DNA of 62,704 bases from a virus (Duplodnaviria > Caudoviricetes), in IMG/VR virus record IMGVR_UViG_3300005837_000598, positions 1 through 62,704 of that record; one strand, written 5' to 3'. The translations under genes and the position numbers were made by a program. The notes below the pieces were generated by a model. The model did no database searches. It was not told where the DNA came from and worked only from the letters and a program-made list of their open reading frames with translations. Of the stretch, positions 19,901 to 29,400 are shown piece after piece. Position 1 is the first letter of the stretch; every line of letters starts with the position of its first letter.

Positions 19901-22129
19901 TTAGATGATGCTACAGGGCCATTAAGATCTTTAAATATAACATCTAAAACACAGTCTACAGGTACTGTAATGTTAGCAATATCTGAAAATGAAACTACTA
20001 GTATATATCTAGGAGAGTCTCAGTTACAACAAGCCTCTAGTGGTAGTCAGTTTTTATCTGTATCAAAAGGAGTAATTGGAACTAAGAATTCATTACAAGG
20101 ATCTTATGGAACAGTTCATCCTGAATCTATTGCAATAAATGAAGGTAGAGCATATTGGTATGATTTAAAAAATGCAACAGTTGTAAAGTATGACTCTAAT
20201 GGTTTAAAGGCTATAGGTGATGTTAAAATGAAGACTTATTTCAAAGAGAAGTCTGATATAATTGTAAGTGATACGATTGACAGGTTTATACCTTCAACAT
20301 ATGATGCTTATAATAATGAATATATTTTAACTCTTCCTGCAACTGGAGAGGTTGAGGTTACAACACAAGGCCCAGGATTTTATCCTTCAAAACCACAAAT
20401 TTCAGGAACACATAAAGTTCCAAGTGGAGGAAATTATACTGGAGACATTAATGTATTTATAAATGGATTTAAGAATCCTATAAATCAAAGTATAGGACTT
20501 AATAATGGTGTGGGTGTGGTTGGATTTACAGCACCAAATGACTTTAAAATTCCTGCAAATGCAATTACAAGTCCAAATCCTAAAGAGAATATGACAGTTA
20601 AAAATGCTGTTAGTGGAGGATTTGCTGTTGATCCAAATGATGCTACATTGTTCAAAGCAGGCACAGGTGCTTTAGAGTTTGACCAAGTACCTAATGCAGC
20701 AAATAGAATAGATATAACATTAAAAGAAGAGGTTGCAATTTCACCAACTAAAAGTGTATTAGTTAATAACCCATTGAACTATTCAAGTAAATTTGATGGA
20801 TTTAATACAACACCTATAAGATTAGTAACTCCAGAATATTCAGGAATAACCGATGAACAAAAAACCTTAGATGCTACTAATGGTACTTTGGTAATTCCTT
20901 TTACATCTAACTTTAATTTTAGACTGGGTGATATAACACCAACAACAGGCTTCACATATACTAAAAATGGAGTGATATCTAATATTCCACAAAGAGATAT
21001 TTCTACCAATGCAACTGCAATAGGAAATAATAGTTCACTACATTATTATGCAGCAGGTAGTTGGAATCTAACTATTAGTGGAATTGATGCTGAGACATCT
21101 AGGGTTGATATAAATTCAAGAAAACTTATAGATCCTGTAATTTCAACAGTAAATGCAAATGGCATTACGACTACAGGTTTTAATATGATAGGTGAACTTG
21201 AATCTTCAGGAACTGGTACTATACAAGAAAGAGGGTTTGTTTATTCAAGTACAAATCAAAATCCAGATCTAAACGACACTAAATGTGTTGATAGTGCAGT
21301 AACTACAGGAATTTTTGAAAAAGCACTAACTGGTTTAAGTTCTGATACATTATACTATTTTAGAGCATATGCAATAACAGAGTTAGGAACAACTTTTGCT
21401 AATACAAGATCTGTTACTACTGGTAGTGCATCTAATAGTTTAGCAACTGTTATTACCGATGCTTATATAGCAAAAGAAAATAAAGCAGAAGGAACGATTA
21501 GTGCTGATGGTGGAGCAACAATCACAAGGTTTGGTTTTGTTATAGGTAAAAATTCAACACCAGTAGTAGGTCAAATTGGTATAATTGATAAAGCATATGT
21601 AACAGTAATACCTTCATTCCCATATGATTTTGAGTTTGATTTTGACAGCAAGTCAATTACATTAGATGCAGACACAACTTATTATTATAGAGCATATGCT
21701 ATAAATAATGTAGGCACAGCATATGGAGTAATAAGAAACTTTGCCACACCTGTAGCAACATCAGGAGGAATTGGTGATATTCAATTGTTATCTTCAACTG
21801 TTTCTCCAACTGGAGGTAGTGTTAATTTTAGAGTTACGAAAACCTATGATGCTAATACAGTATCAGGATCAATAACAATAGAAGATACTATTGGCAATAG
21901 TGCAACTGTTAATGTAAATATTGGTTCTACGGAAACTACTGATACAGTAAGTTATTCAATACCAAGAAATCAATCCTCTAACTCTAGAAATATTGGGTTT
22001 ACTGTAACAGCGTTTAGCCCTACAAGTCTAAATCAAACTGGTGGATTACCTGTGTTAATTAAAAGCACAGTATCTCAAGGAGGTACAACGTCTAGTGGTG
22101 GAGGTCAAGAATTAGAAGAACAATATTAA
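16910..22129 (+). CDS. Tail stabilisation/nozzle (muzzle) protein, N-terminal part, with inserted FN3-like domains
   Basis: TFIAGLNSDD..DALNAR start, FSYRYVYKDGEISVFAP, NRLFLGNIKEG, YQVGLAFFDFAGR, YGTVHPES, YWYDLKN; two LYYFRAYA/TYYYRAYA FN3 repeats near the end. Confidence 0.75.
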   Translation: MENSKKTFIAGLNSDDAFFAHKQDDNVDALNARVISSSEGKSGSLSNIVGNRLIPNPSLLIGGGDDKVIGTHEDPTTNNVFYFVTKPNGYSYIFMYDASSESIYMVLSDANMESTYTLNFQELEPITAISFIDGLLYWSGVRDREPCKINVERGIKLNQPGYATLETAYESPIKKSVVTVIRKPPMMPLTIKVEEDSTRDTSFLKSRSLTFSYRYVYKDGEISVFAPTTPHYPNQDMDDDNHETTKKIVVGFPLNEATPTGIADDVEKIQFAVKFDKDTSYFIWKEFTRTSHPNEFNSQTNYVPNVIKGDYHNDVLGSAVDDSNSIKLYDTVPYEAQALEIGRNRLFLGNIKEGLVNNRKMTSADMDVDVVVAPFDVTIFNQEVRDRGGIVGYSCSSAYQVGLAFFDFAGRTAGVLTDDSMKVITAERNLVYTTYNSFIDFNLNATATSLIPDWATHYAILRTKNLTKDFTIGNLADKIRYYQYDSTGNFTVRIEKLDANDDPTGKFSLNEFTSFDIKHEGIAIGLGDLTSYKQGYSYQEGDRIKLITDSKVLEFAITGTMGKYVLCNLVNLNSADYLAQSSLANADYTVVYEIYSPHKIQENEFYYESVRGKIQNPGTANKTFDQLTGHLIGDVYMKARKADTSSVPVHFEEATALSKNDHDEPFKGNTAYIGFPYFHGTGLNDMTANTGIGNYNNGVDCRFEIKITATGTPDKFQWRRRPFNQRLTNHAWSSDVNITGNAQTLQNNVAITFAATTGHTVGDEWAVSGKTSGNQLGNVNSRTYSHFISPPNGVIFAGSEVKVYQKEHRDRWPSSDQNHSFTVTMNPNEILENYATIEEFFWRSTFGVKLCGYHPDHHILFRRGTIEPAGDNGKSRMYILDSQANNNTASQVSKSDGTLVHLILKSSLEQSSDLNAPVDTKFNIRVDQPDEYSYSAEAMNPSDDYFLNWIQITGRPNLIPADVSAQNKPTGIVFSETKIPGSKVNGLSKFSALDEDRLDDATGPLRSLNITSKTQSTGTVMLAISENETTSIYLGESQLQQASSGSQFLSVSKGVIGTKNSLQGSYGTVHPESIAINEGRAYWYDLKNATVVKYDSNGLKAIGDVKMKTYFKEKSDIIVSDTIDRFIPSTYDAYNNEYILTLPATGEVEVTTQGPGFYPSKPQISGTHKVPSGGNYTGDINVFINGFKNPINQSIGLNNGVGVVGFTAPNDFKIPANAITSPNPKENMTVKNAVSGGFAVDPNDATLFKAGTGALEFDQVPNAANRIDITLKEEVAISPTKSVLVNNPLNYSSKFDGFNTTPIRLVTPEYSGITDEQKTLDATNGTLVIPFTSNFNFRLGDITPTTGFTYTKNGVISNIPQRDISTNATAIGNNSSLHYYAAGSWNLTISGIDAETSRVDINSRKLIDPVISTVNANGITTTGFNMIGELESSGTGTIQERGFVYSSTNQNPDLNDTKCVDSAVTTGIFEKALTGLSSDTLYYFRAYAITELGTTFANTRSVTTGSASNSLATVITDAYIAKENKAEGTISADGGATITRFGFVIGKNSTPVVGQIGIIDKAYVTVIPSFPYDFEFDFDSKSITLDADTTYYYRAYAINNVGTAYGVIRNFATPVATSGGIGDIQLLSSTVSPTGGSVNFRVTKTYDANTVSGSITIEDTIGNSATVNVNIGSTETTDTVSYSIPRNQSSNSRNIGFTVTAFSPTSLNQTGGLPVLIKSTVSQGGTTSSGGGQELEEQY

Positions 22130-22137
22130 ATTAAGAT

Positions 22138-23595
22138 ATGAGTGATTTTAGTATAAGTACAGATTTAAATATAGGAGATGAGATCAAGATAAGGTTTGAT
22201 ATTTCAAGCGATTACCCTGCACTCTCAGCACCTTCTACTGCTTATATAGTAGACTTATATGAAGGTCAGGATATAGAAAATAATGAAAATGAAATTAATA
22301 ACCTGCCTCAATGGAGTAATATACATACTTATATTGGTGGATTAAATCAAAACTATTCTGGGCAACCTAATACAGTTGCTATACTTGGTCAATCAGGTCA
22401 TGTTGATTCTGCTGCAAAAAGAACATCAGATATTTCAAGGACTGTAAATGGTACTACTTATAATGATTGGTATCTACCATCTGCACCACAACTAAGTGTT
22501 TTATATCAACTAAGAAATATTCTAGATCCTGTTCTTGTTAGTGCAGGAGGTGCAGCACTTACAAAAACACAAACGCATTACCAGAAAAAAGCATATTGGG
22601 CATCAACTGAAGGTGGTAATCCAAATGACAAAACACCTGTTATATCTATATCATTTAACCCTAACTCTGGTGGAGGAGCATGGTTTGGGCGACCAAAGTC
22701 ACAAAGATATAGAACTAGAGCAGTAAGAGAAATGGCAATACCTTCTGGAGTTAACTTGGCTGTAGGTCAGTTATATGGAGGTGGAGTGGTTTATAAAATC
22801 ATAGAGGCTGAAAGTGGAGGAGCACCTGCTAAAGTAGATGTAGATGTTAAAATTGGAAATGGAAGTACAACAATATTTTCACAAAACAATCTACCCAACA
22901 ATAATGTAGCAGAAATTACACATACAGTTACATCTGTTGATGGTGACAATCCAAATATATCATGGTTTTTTACTAATAGTAATACTAGTCCTTACACATG
23001 GGAAACTAACTATCAAATATGGGTACAACAATTTAGCACAATTACTGAATTACAACCAGGATCTCAAGCAACACTAGCCTGGAATGACGATGCAGGTAGA
23101 TGGACATCTAGATATTCTTATATACCAGAATATATGTCAACGTATAAAACTGGCATAATTACATTTGTGAAAGGGAAGTTATATATTCATGATGATGTAA
23201 ATAATAAAAACTATTTTTACAATGGAAATTATCCAACTCAAGTTACTTATATTGATAATGTAGCACCATCGCAGCCTAAAGTGTTTATGACACACTCTGT
23301 TGAAGGTAATTCACAACCAAACATAAGTAGTTTTGAAACAATAGAAAACTGGACAATGAATAGTGATCTTGTGAAAGATGACTATATAAAAAGAGAAGGA
23401 ACTTATTATTCTGAGTTATTCGGAGATGTTAATGATCCTAATGTTGGCGATAACGCATCATATGGTGATAAGTTAATGAGGGGGACAAAACTAAGAGGTC
23501 AATATATAAAAGTATTCATGACCTTCAGAGCAGAAGAATTAGAGATTAAACATTCTAATATCGGATATATAACAAGTAAAGGACATACAACTTAA
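22138..23595 (+). CDS. Nozzle C-terminal part fused to a DUF1566/Lcl-like domain
   Basis: NDWYLPS..QL, YWASTE, YRTRAVR (DUF1566-like), then TLAWNDDAGRWTSRYSYIPE...KREGTYY...KLRGQY typical of nozzle C-termini. Confidence 0.65.
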   Translation: MSDFSISTDLNIGDEIKIRFDISSDYPALSAPSTAYIVDLYEGQDIENNENEINNLPQWSNIHTYIGGLNQNYSGQPNTVAILGQSGHVDSAAKRTSDISRTVNGTTYNDWYLPSAPQLSVLYQLRNILDPVLVSAGGAALTKTQTHYQKKAYWASTEGGNPNDKTPVISISFNPNSGGGAWFGRPKSQRYRTRAVREMAIPSGVNLAVGQLYGGGVVYKIIEAESGGAPAKVDVDVKIGNGSTTIFSQNNLPNNNVAEITHTVTSVDGDNPNISWFFTNSNTSPYTWETNYQIWVQQFSTITELQPGSQATLAWNDDAGRWTSRYSYIPEYMSTYKTGIITFVKGKLYIHDDVNNKNYFYNGNYPTQVTYIDNVAPSQPKVFMTHSVEGNSQPNISSFETIENWTMNSDLVKDDYIKREGTYYSELFGDVNDPNVGDNASYGDKLMRGTKLRGQYIKVFMTFRAEELEIKHSNIGYITSKGHTT

Positions 23596-24084
23596 ATGGA
23601 AGGTTTAGTAGAACAGGTCAACAATAAGGGTGTTAGTAATTTTACTCAACAATTAGAGGAATTACAGAATGTAATGATTGCTAATAATGACAAGGAAGGG
23701 GTATATGGAGATGGAGAAAATTTAGTTGAAAATGATGTCTTTCAAATAAGTCATGATTATTGTGGCCCTTTATATATGAGAAAGATGATTATGCCTAAAG
23801 ATTCTGTTGTGGTTAGTGCGATGCATCATACTAACCATTTTTGGTTTTTATTAAAAGGCAGGATAAGTGTAACGTCTGGTGATGAAACTGTAGAGCATAT
23901 AGCACCATGTTATTCAAGGTCTTTAAAAGGTGCTAAAAGATTTATTGTATGTGTAGAGGAGTGTTTGTTTATTAATGTACACGCCAACCCTACTGAATCA
24001 ACAGATATTAAAGAAATACAAGATGACTTGTATTCAATAACATTAGAAGAATATAATAAAAAAGAAAAGTTATGGCAGGAATAG
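23596..24084 (+). CDS. Cupin-fold protein
   Basis: H..CGPLYMRKMIMPK..VVSAMHHTNHFWFLLKGRISV...FINVH cupin-like pattern. Confidence 0.65.
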   Translation: MEGLVEQVNNKGVSNFTQQLEELQNVMIANNDKEGVYGDGENLVENDVFQISHDYCGPLYMRKMIMPKDSVVVSAMHHTNHFWFLLKGRISVTSGDETVEHIAPCYSRSLKGAKRFIVCVEECLFINVHANPTESTDIKEIQDDLYSITLEEYNKKEKLWQE

Positions 24085-24656
24085 CAACAGGAATGTTAGT
24101 AGCAGGTGCAGGCTTAAAAGCAGTCGGTGGCCTTGCTCAAATGGCATCTGGGATTTTTGGTAAAAAGAAAAGACAAAGAGAAATTGATAATCTAATAGCA
24201 ATGAGGCCTAAGTATGAAATACCAAAAGAAGTAGGTCAGGATGTTGCTATGAATAGAAACTTAGTCAATGCTCGACTAGATGGTCAACAAGAATTGTTAG
24301 ATCAATTAAATACTGATAAACAAAATCAATTAAACACAGTTAGATCTTCCTCTGGTTCTTTAGAGGATTTATTGGCAGTAGGTACAGCATCACAGGCAGG
24401 TATGTCAGATGCTTTAATAAAAGCACAACAAGGTGGAGCAGCACAAAGAGATAAGCGTAGAGCAGATTTTTCACAATCACTAAGTAACCTATCATCTTTT
24501 AGAGATCAGGCTTTTAAACTAAATGAACTAGATCCATACAATCAAAAAGTAGAAATGACAATGGCTAATAATGCAGCATCAAGACAGATGACTTTTGGAG
24601 GATTAAACCAAGCAGCATCAGGTATTGCTGATGTTGGATCAGCGTTAGCATCATAA
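24072..24656 (+). CDS. Internal virion/ejection (pilot) protein 1
   Basis: G/A-rich hydrophobic N-terminus, Q/A-rich helical body, first of three genes of increasing size. Confidence 0.65.
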   Translation: MAGIATGMLVAGAGLKAVGGLAQMASGIFGKKKRQREIDNLIAMRPKYEIPKEVGQDVAMNRNLVNARLDGQQELLDQLNTDKQNQLNTVRSSSGSLEDLLAVGTASQAGMSDALIKAQQGGAAQRDKRRADFSQSLSNLSSFRDQAFKLNELDPYNQKVEMTMANNAASRQMTFGGLNQAASGIADVGSALAS

Positions 24657-24666
24657 AAGAATAACT

Positions 24667-26463
24667 ATGGCAAAATTTACACCAGGCTTAATGGGAGTTA
24701 AATCAACTCCAACACTACAAAAAAATTCTATACCAGGATTTATAAATGATGGTGCAGAATCTAGGGATGCATCATTCAGAACAACCCTGGGAATCATAGC
24801 CAAAAACAAAGCGACCAAATTTGCTCAAGCACAAAAACTTAGAGATGGTATTGTTTCAGGACATTTCTCTGATGATATGGTTGTGCAGGTAGAGGCTGCA
24901 ATTGATAGAATGTCAAAATTAAATCCAAACAAAGCGAATTACTCTAAGGTTTTAAATGAGGCTAGTGCTGAATTAGGAATGGCTGTACAGAAACAAGCAC
25001 AAGTTACTAAACTACTAGAAAGAACTAGTGCAGCGTTTGAGGGTGATGAAGATAAAAAATATTACAGCAAGGATGGTTTCTTTGCAATGTTAGAAGATAA
25101 CACTAATATGGATTTAGATAACGCACAAATGCAGAATCTATATCAGAGTTATTTAAAAAACACAGACAACATAAATGAGGATACTGTAAGAGAAGACTTT
25201 GTAGGTCTTTTAGGTTCTTACAAGTTTGGAGGAAACTTAGCAACAAAAGAAGGTGAGATAGGTGGTTTATCCACAATGAAGACTGGTAACTACCAAGGAG
25301 AGAAGACACAGTTTTACAAATTAAGCAATGGTGTTTCTGTTCCTGTATTTAAAAATGCCTCTGAAGTACCTGCTGATTTAGTGGAGAAATGGGGAACATC
25401 AAGCAAGGCACATACTGCCATGTTAGATAATTTTGTAAATCAAAAACTAGCAGGACAAACATTTGCATCTGAAGAGGATAAAGAAAAAGCAGAAATATCA
25501 GCAGGTCAAGAATTTGTTTTAGATCAAATGAAAAAAGTAATACCAGATTACGCAAGTGTATCTAGTGCTACTGAGAAGTTCCAACCAGGACAAGGTGATG
25601 GAGGTTCAGGAAACAAACCAAATCCTTCAGCATTAATTGCAACACAATTGAGTAGATCAATGATGGGTAGCGATGCTATTATAGGCAAGACTCCAGTAAC
25701 TAAAATGAATTTTGAAAACACTACTCTTTCTGGATATGATATTACAGATCAGTTCAAGGATATAAAATTAATTCCAGGAATAGGTAAATCACCAGGTAGA
25801 CCTGCTAAGAAAATATTTAGAGCAGAAAACGAAGATGCTCTATATATTGATACAGGTAATGGTATTCAGAGATATGATGAAAGTCAATTTAATGACTTAA
25901 TGATTATGGCATCAAGTTCAGGTAATGGATTTACAATGAAGGATGCTAACTCATTGCCAGAATATGACAACAGTAGAAAAGCATTTAACATACGTCAAAC
26001 ATATACTGATGGTAAGACTGTTAAAAGCAGAAGTGATATGACTGATGCTGAATTGCAAAGTGGTAATTGGAAACCTAGTAACCAATCATTGACAGGTACA
26101 GATTTCAATCCATACCAAAACACTCTAACTGCCGAAGAAAGAGAGGCACAGAATGTAAGGTATCAACAAGCCACAGCAGGTAGTGCTGTTTCAGATATTG
26201 AGAATGTATATGAAAGAATGAGAAACGACTCACAAGAGTATGATTTGTTTACAGAAATAGCAGGTAAACTAAATACTGCATGGGAAGGTAAGGTTGTAAA
26301 GTCTATTCATCCAACAGCATCAATTGATATGATTGAAAGAGGTGCAGTTTGGCCAGGATATGGTAGAGACAATTATAAAGTAACGCTATCCAATGGTGAT
26401 GTGGTTTCAGTAACTCAAGAGGAAATGAAGTCTTACATACAAGGCCAGAACGTAACAGAATAA
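24667..26463 (+). CDS. Internal virion/ejection protein 2
   Basis: 598 aa, helical N-half, lies between the pilot gene and the giant protein. Confidence 0.55.
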   Translation: MAKFTPGLMGVKSTPTLQKNSIPGFINDGAESRDASFRTTLGIIAKNKATKFAQAQKLRDGIVSGHFSDDMVVQVEAAIDRMSKLNPNKANYSKVLNEASAELGMAVQKQAQVTKLLERTSAAFEGDEDKKYYSKDGFFAMLEDNTNMDLDNAQMQNLYQSYLKNTDNINEDTVREDFVGLLGSYKFGGNLATKEGEIGGLSTMKTGNYQGEKTQFYKLSNGVSVPVFKNASEVPADLVEKWGTSSKAHTAMLDNFVNQKLAGQTFASEEDKEKAEISAGQEFVLDQMKKVIPDYASVSSATEKFQPGQGDGGSGNKPNPSALIATQLSRSMMGSDAIIGKTPVTKMNFENTTLSGYDITDQFKDIKLIPGIGKSPGRPAKKIFRAENEDALYIDTGNGIQRYDESQFNDLMIMASSSGNGFTMKDANSLPEYDNSRKAFNIRQTYTDGKTVKSRSDMTDAELQSGNWKPSNQSLTGTDFNPYQNTLTAEEREAQNVRYQQATAGSAVSDIENVYERMRNDSQEYDLFTEIAGKLNTAWEGKVVKSIHPTASIDMIERGAVWPGYGRDNYKVTLSNGDVVSVTQEEMKSYIQGQNVTE

Positions 26464-26473
26464 AAAAACCTAA

Positions 26474-29400
26474 ATGGAGGAAAAAGAACTACTCGCAGCG
26501 TGGGAAAGAATACAAAGTATGTATGGCCCTCAAAAGAAAACATTTGATGAATTCAAGTTTCAAATGCAATCTAATGAGTACCGAAACAAAGTATTTAAGA
26601 ATGTAGGTAAAAATGCAAAAGATATATTTGGTTATGATAATTATGACCAGTTCAATGCAGATAAATTCTTACCTGCACCTGCATTAGAAATAACTAATAC
26701 TCCAGAGTCAGCAGAAAATCTACCAAGATTTCAAGGTTCTTCAGCCTCATTTGTAGATCAACAAGTAGAGGCAAAAAGAAATCAATCTAATTACTATGCA
26801 GATGGTTCAGCAGGTAGAATGCCTACCCTATATGATAGAATGTCTGAACAAGAAAAAAAAGATCTTGATTTAAAGAATAAAAAAGCAAAAGCATTTAAGC
26901 AAGCAGAAAGAGCAAAGAAAGCATTAGGTACTACCTCACAAATTGTTACAGATGGTGGAGATTTTTATGATGTTATAAAAAACTATTCACTATCTACAGG
27001 TGAAAATTTACTTGCAAGTCAACTTGAATATAATGATGGCAAGTTAGATGGTATTGCTAAAGGACAGTTCGAACAAAAAGCACTTAATGTCATGTCTGAA
27101 GATATGTTTCAAGTGGTTGATGAAGTAGAAAAAAGTCAAGTCTGGGAAAATTATGGAGAAGAGTATGGTTTCTTAATTAACCAACTTAACTCTCAAGGTA
27201 AAGAAATAAGAACCTTACAAGACCAGTTAGCAACAGTAAAAGATCCACAAAAGAAAGAATTAATTATTGAGCAGATTAATAATATTCGTGAGGAAGGTGC
27301 AGAGTATTCTTATGACAAACCAAATCAGTATGGTGGTACAGATTCAAAAAGATTTCTGTTTACTAGTTATGATGAAATGAAGAAAAGGTTTTCTAAATTA
27401 AATAGTTTACCAGAATTCAAAAACTATCAAAGAGCAATAAATGTATTAGGTCATTTAAGAGATGTAAGTGATAATTTTGACACAAGAAACCCTGAGTTTA
27501 TACAGAATCAAAAAGATTTAAAAGCAGCACAAGGTTTAGTTGATACAATAGAAAAATATGATCTACCTGACTTAACATCTTTAGGAACACCAGGAGGTTA
27601 TCAACCTAAGTGGTTTAAGAATAATATCACAAAACCTATATTATCTTCTTTGGCCAAAGCAGCAAATGACTTAGCAAGTTTACCAAGAACATTAGCGTTT
27701 AACGATGACTATGGTTGGACAGATGCATTTGCCGAAGGAGCAGAAAGAATATTAAGTAAAGAATTAAATCCTGGCATGGTTGCATCTTTAGGACAGGCTA
27801 GTAATAAAGACAGGGGTTTATCTGAGAGAGTTGCTATGGTTGATGATTATCAATTAGTAGTATCAGATGATTTGTTTGAAGGTAGAAGAACCCCTAAAAC
27901 AGTAAGGGATAAAGATGGTTTCTTAATACAAGATGAGAAGATTGTTAAAGAAGTTATAGATAAATACGAAGAAGATCCTACAAAGTACGAAGACGAACAG
28001 CAATATAACTTTGAAGGTGCATTGCCAAAATTTGTTGGAGTAATGGCTGACTTAGGAATCTTAATGTTTGGTACTAAGGGATTAGGTACAGGAGTAAAAG
28101 CAACAGGAACTCTTGCAAAAGCAGGAGGTTTAACAAGAACAGGTAATTATTTATCCAAGTCTAATGTTGCAAATAGAATAGGTTTAACTGGTGCAGTAAC
28201 TGGACAAACACATAATCAATTATATGCCGAGGCAATCAAACAAGGATTATCACCTTCAGAGGCATCAGCGTTTGCAGTAACTGGATCATTGGCTGTTGCA
28301 GGTGTTGCACAGTTCAATCCACAGTTTTATTTAATTGGTGAGAAAAAAGCAGCACAAGCATTAACAAGTAGATATATAAATTACCTAGCAGCAGGTGGAA
28401 AGGAGTCTAAAAAGAAAGCCTTTGGTTATGCAATGCGTGAAGTATTTGGTCAAGGTAAAAGAGAAATGCTCGAGGAGTTGGCAGAAGTTCCTGCACTTAA
28501 TGCTGTAAGAGGAGGGTTTAATCAATTCCTTACTCCAGATAAAGACTTTGAGGTTAAGTGGTCAAGAGGAGAGTTAGAAGAGTCTGCTATATTTGGATTT
28601 GCAGCAGGTTTTGCAACAGGCCCAATGGCTATTACAAATCAATCTGCACTACAACAACAGGCGACATATGCTGCATATAAAGCAAAAGACAAATTCTTTA
28701 AAAGAACTGATGAGTTAGTAGGTAAAGAGTATTTAGATCCTGAGACTGGGAATATGCTAAACTACACTCAAGAACAAGCAGATGCTACAAAGGCTAAATT
28801 TAGCAATCTGTTTAAGCAATTAGATGCTGCTAAAGTAGGTACAGGAAAACTGTCTGAAGAATCAGAAACAAAACTATTAAGTTTATTACAAAGGTCTGAT
28901 GCAATAAAAAGCAATATGGATCTTGCTAAAGACCAACCTGCATTATTAGAAGTATTACAAGCACAATATGCAATTGTTAATGATGCAATCGCTAAAGAGT
29001 TACAAGACAACAGAACACCTGTTAAACCAAAAAAGAGTGATACAAAAGAAAATGTAACACCTGAAGTAACTCCAGAAGTTAATGAAGAAGTAGATAGTGC
29101 AATTGATGAGGCATTAAATAATGATCCAGAAAATGTATTAGATGGTAGAGTTAAGCCAGAGGTTAAACCAGAGGAAGATGTAGCACCAGAAGTTAAAGTA
29201 GAGGAGGATGCAAAACCAGAAGTTAAAAGTGAGGGTGACCAAAATGTGGAATCAGAACCTAACCCTGAAACCAAAGTTGATCCAAAGCCTGACGAAAAAG
29301 TCTATGATGCAGAAATAGTTCCTGGTCATTTTGTTATGCTATATAATGATGCTTTTGGATTAAAAGTTTATGGCCCAAAAGATAAAAATGGTACTAAGGA

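Noticed and set aside
22127-22140. Readthrough joining the two nozzle ORFs
   Set aside because: The ORFs are in different frames, with no slippery site and a normal A-rich restart
22138-23070. Diversity-generating retroelement targeting the DUF1566 domain
   Set aside because: No reverse transcriptase and no template/variable repeat pair seen
28768-29274. 168-aa antisense ORF, and other antisense ORFs in the track such as 10806, 35171, 38188, 57869, 61437 and 61475
   Set aside because: These are shadows (antisense or alternate-frame) of long genes, with low-complexity translations and no independent signals
29050-29300. PEV/KPE repeats in the giant protein
   Set aside because: An ordinary low-complexity linker
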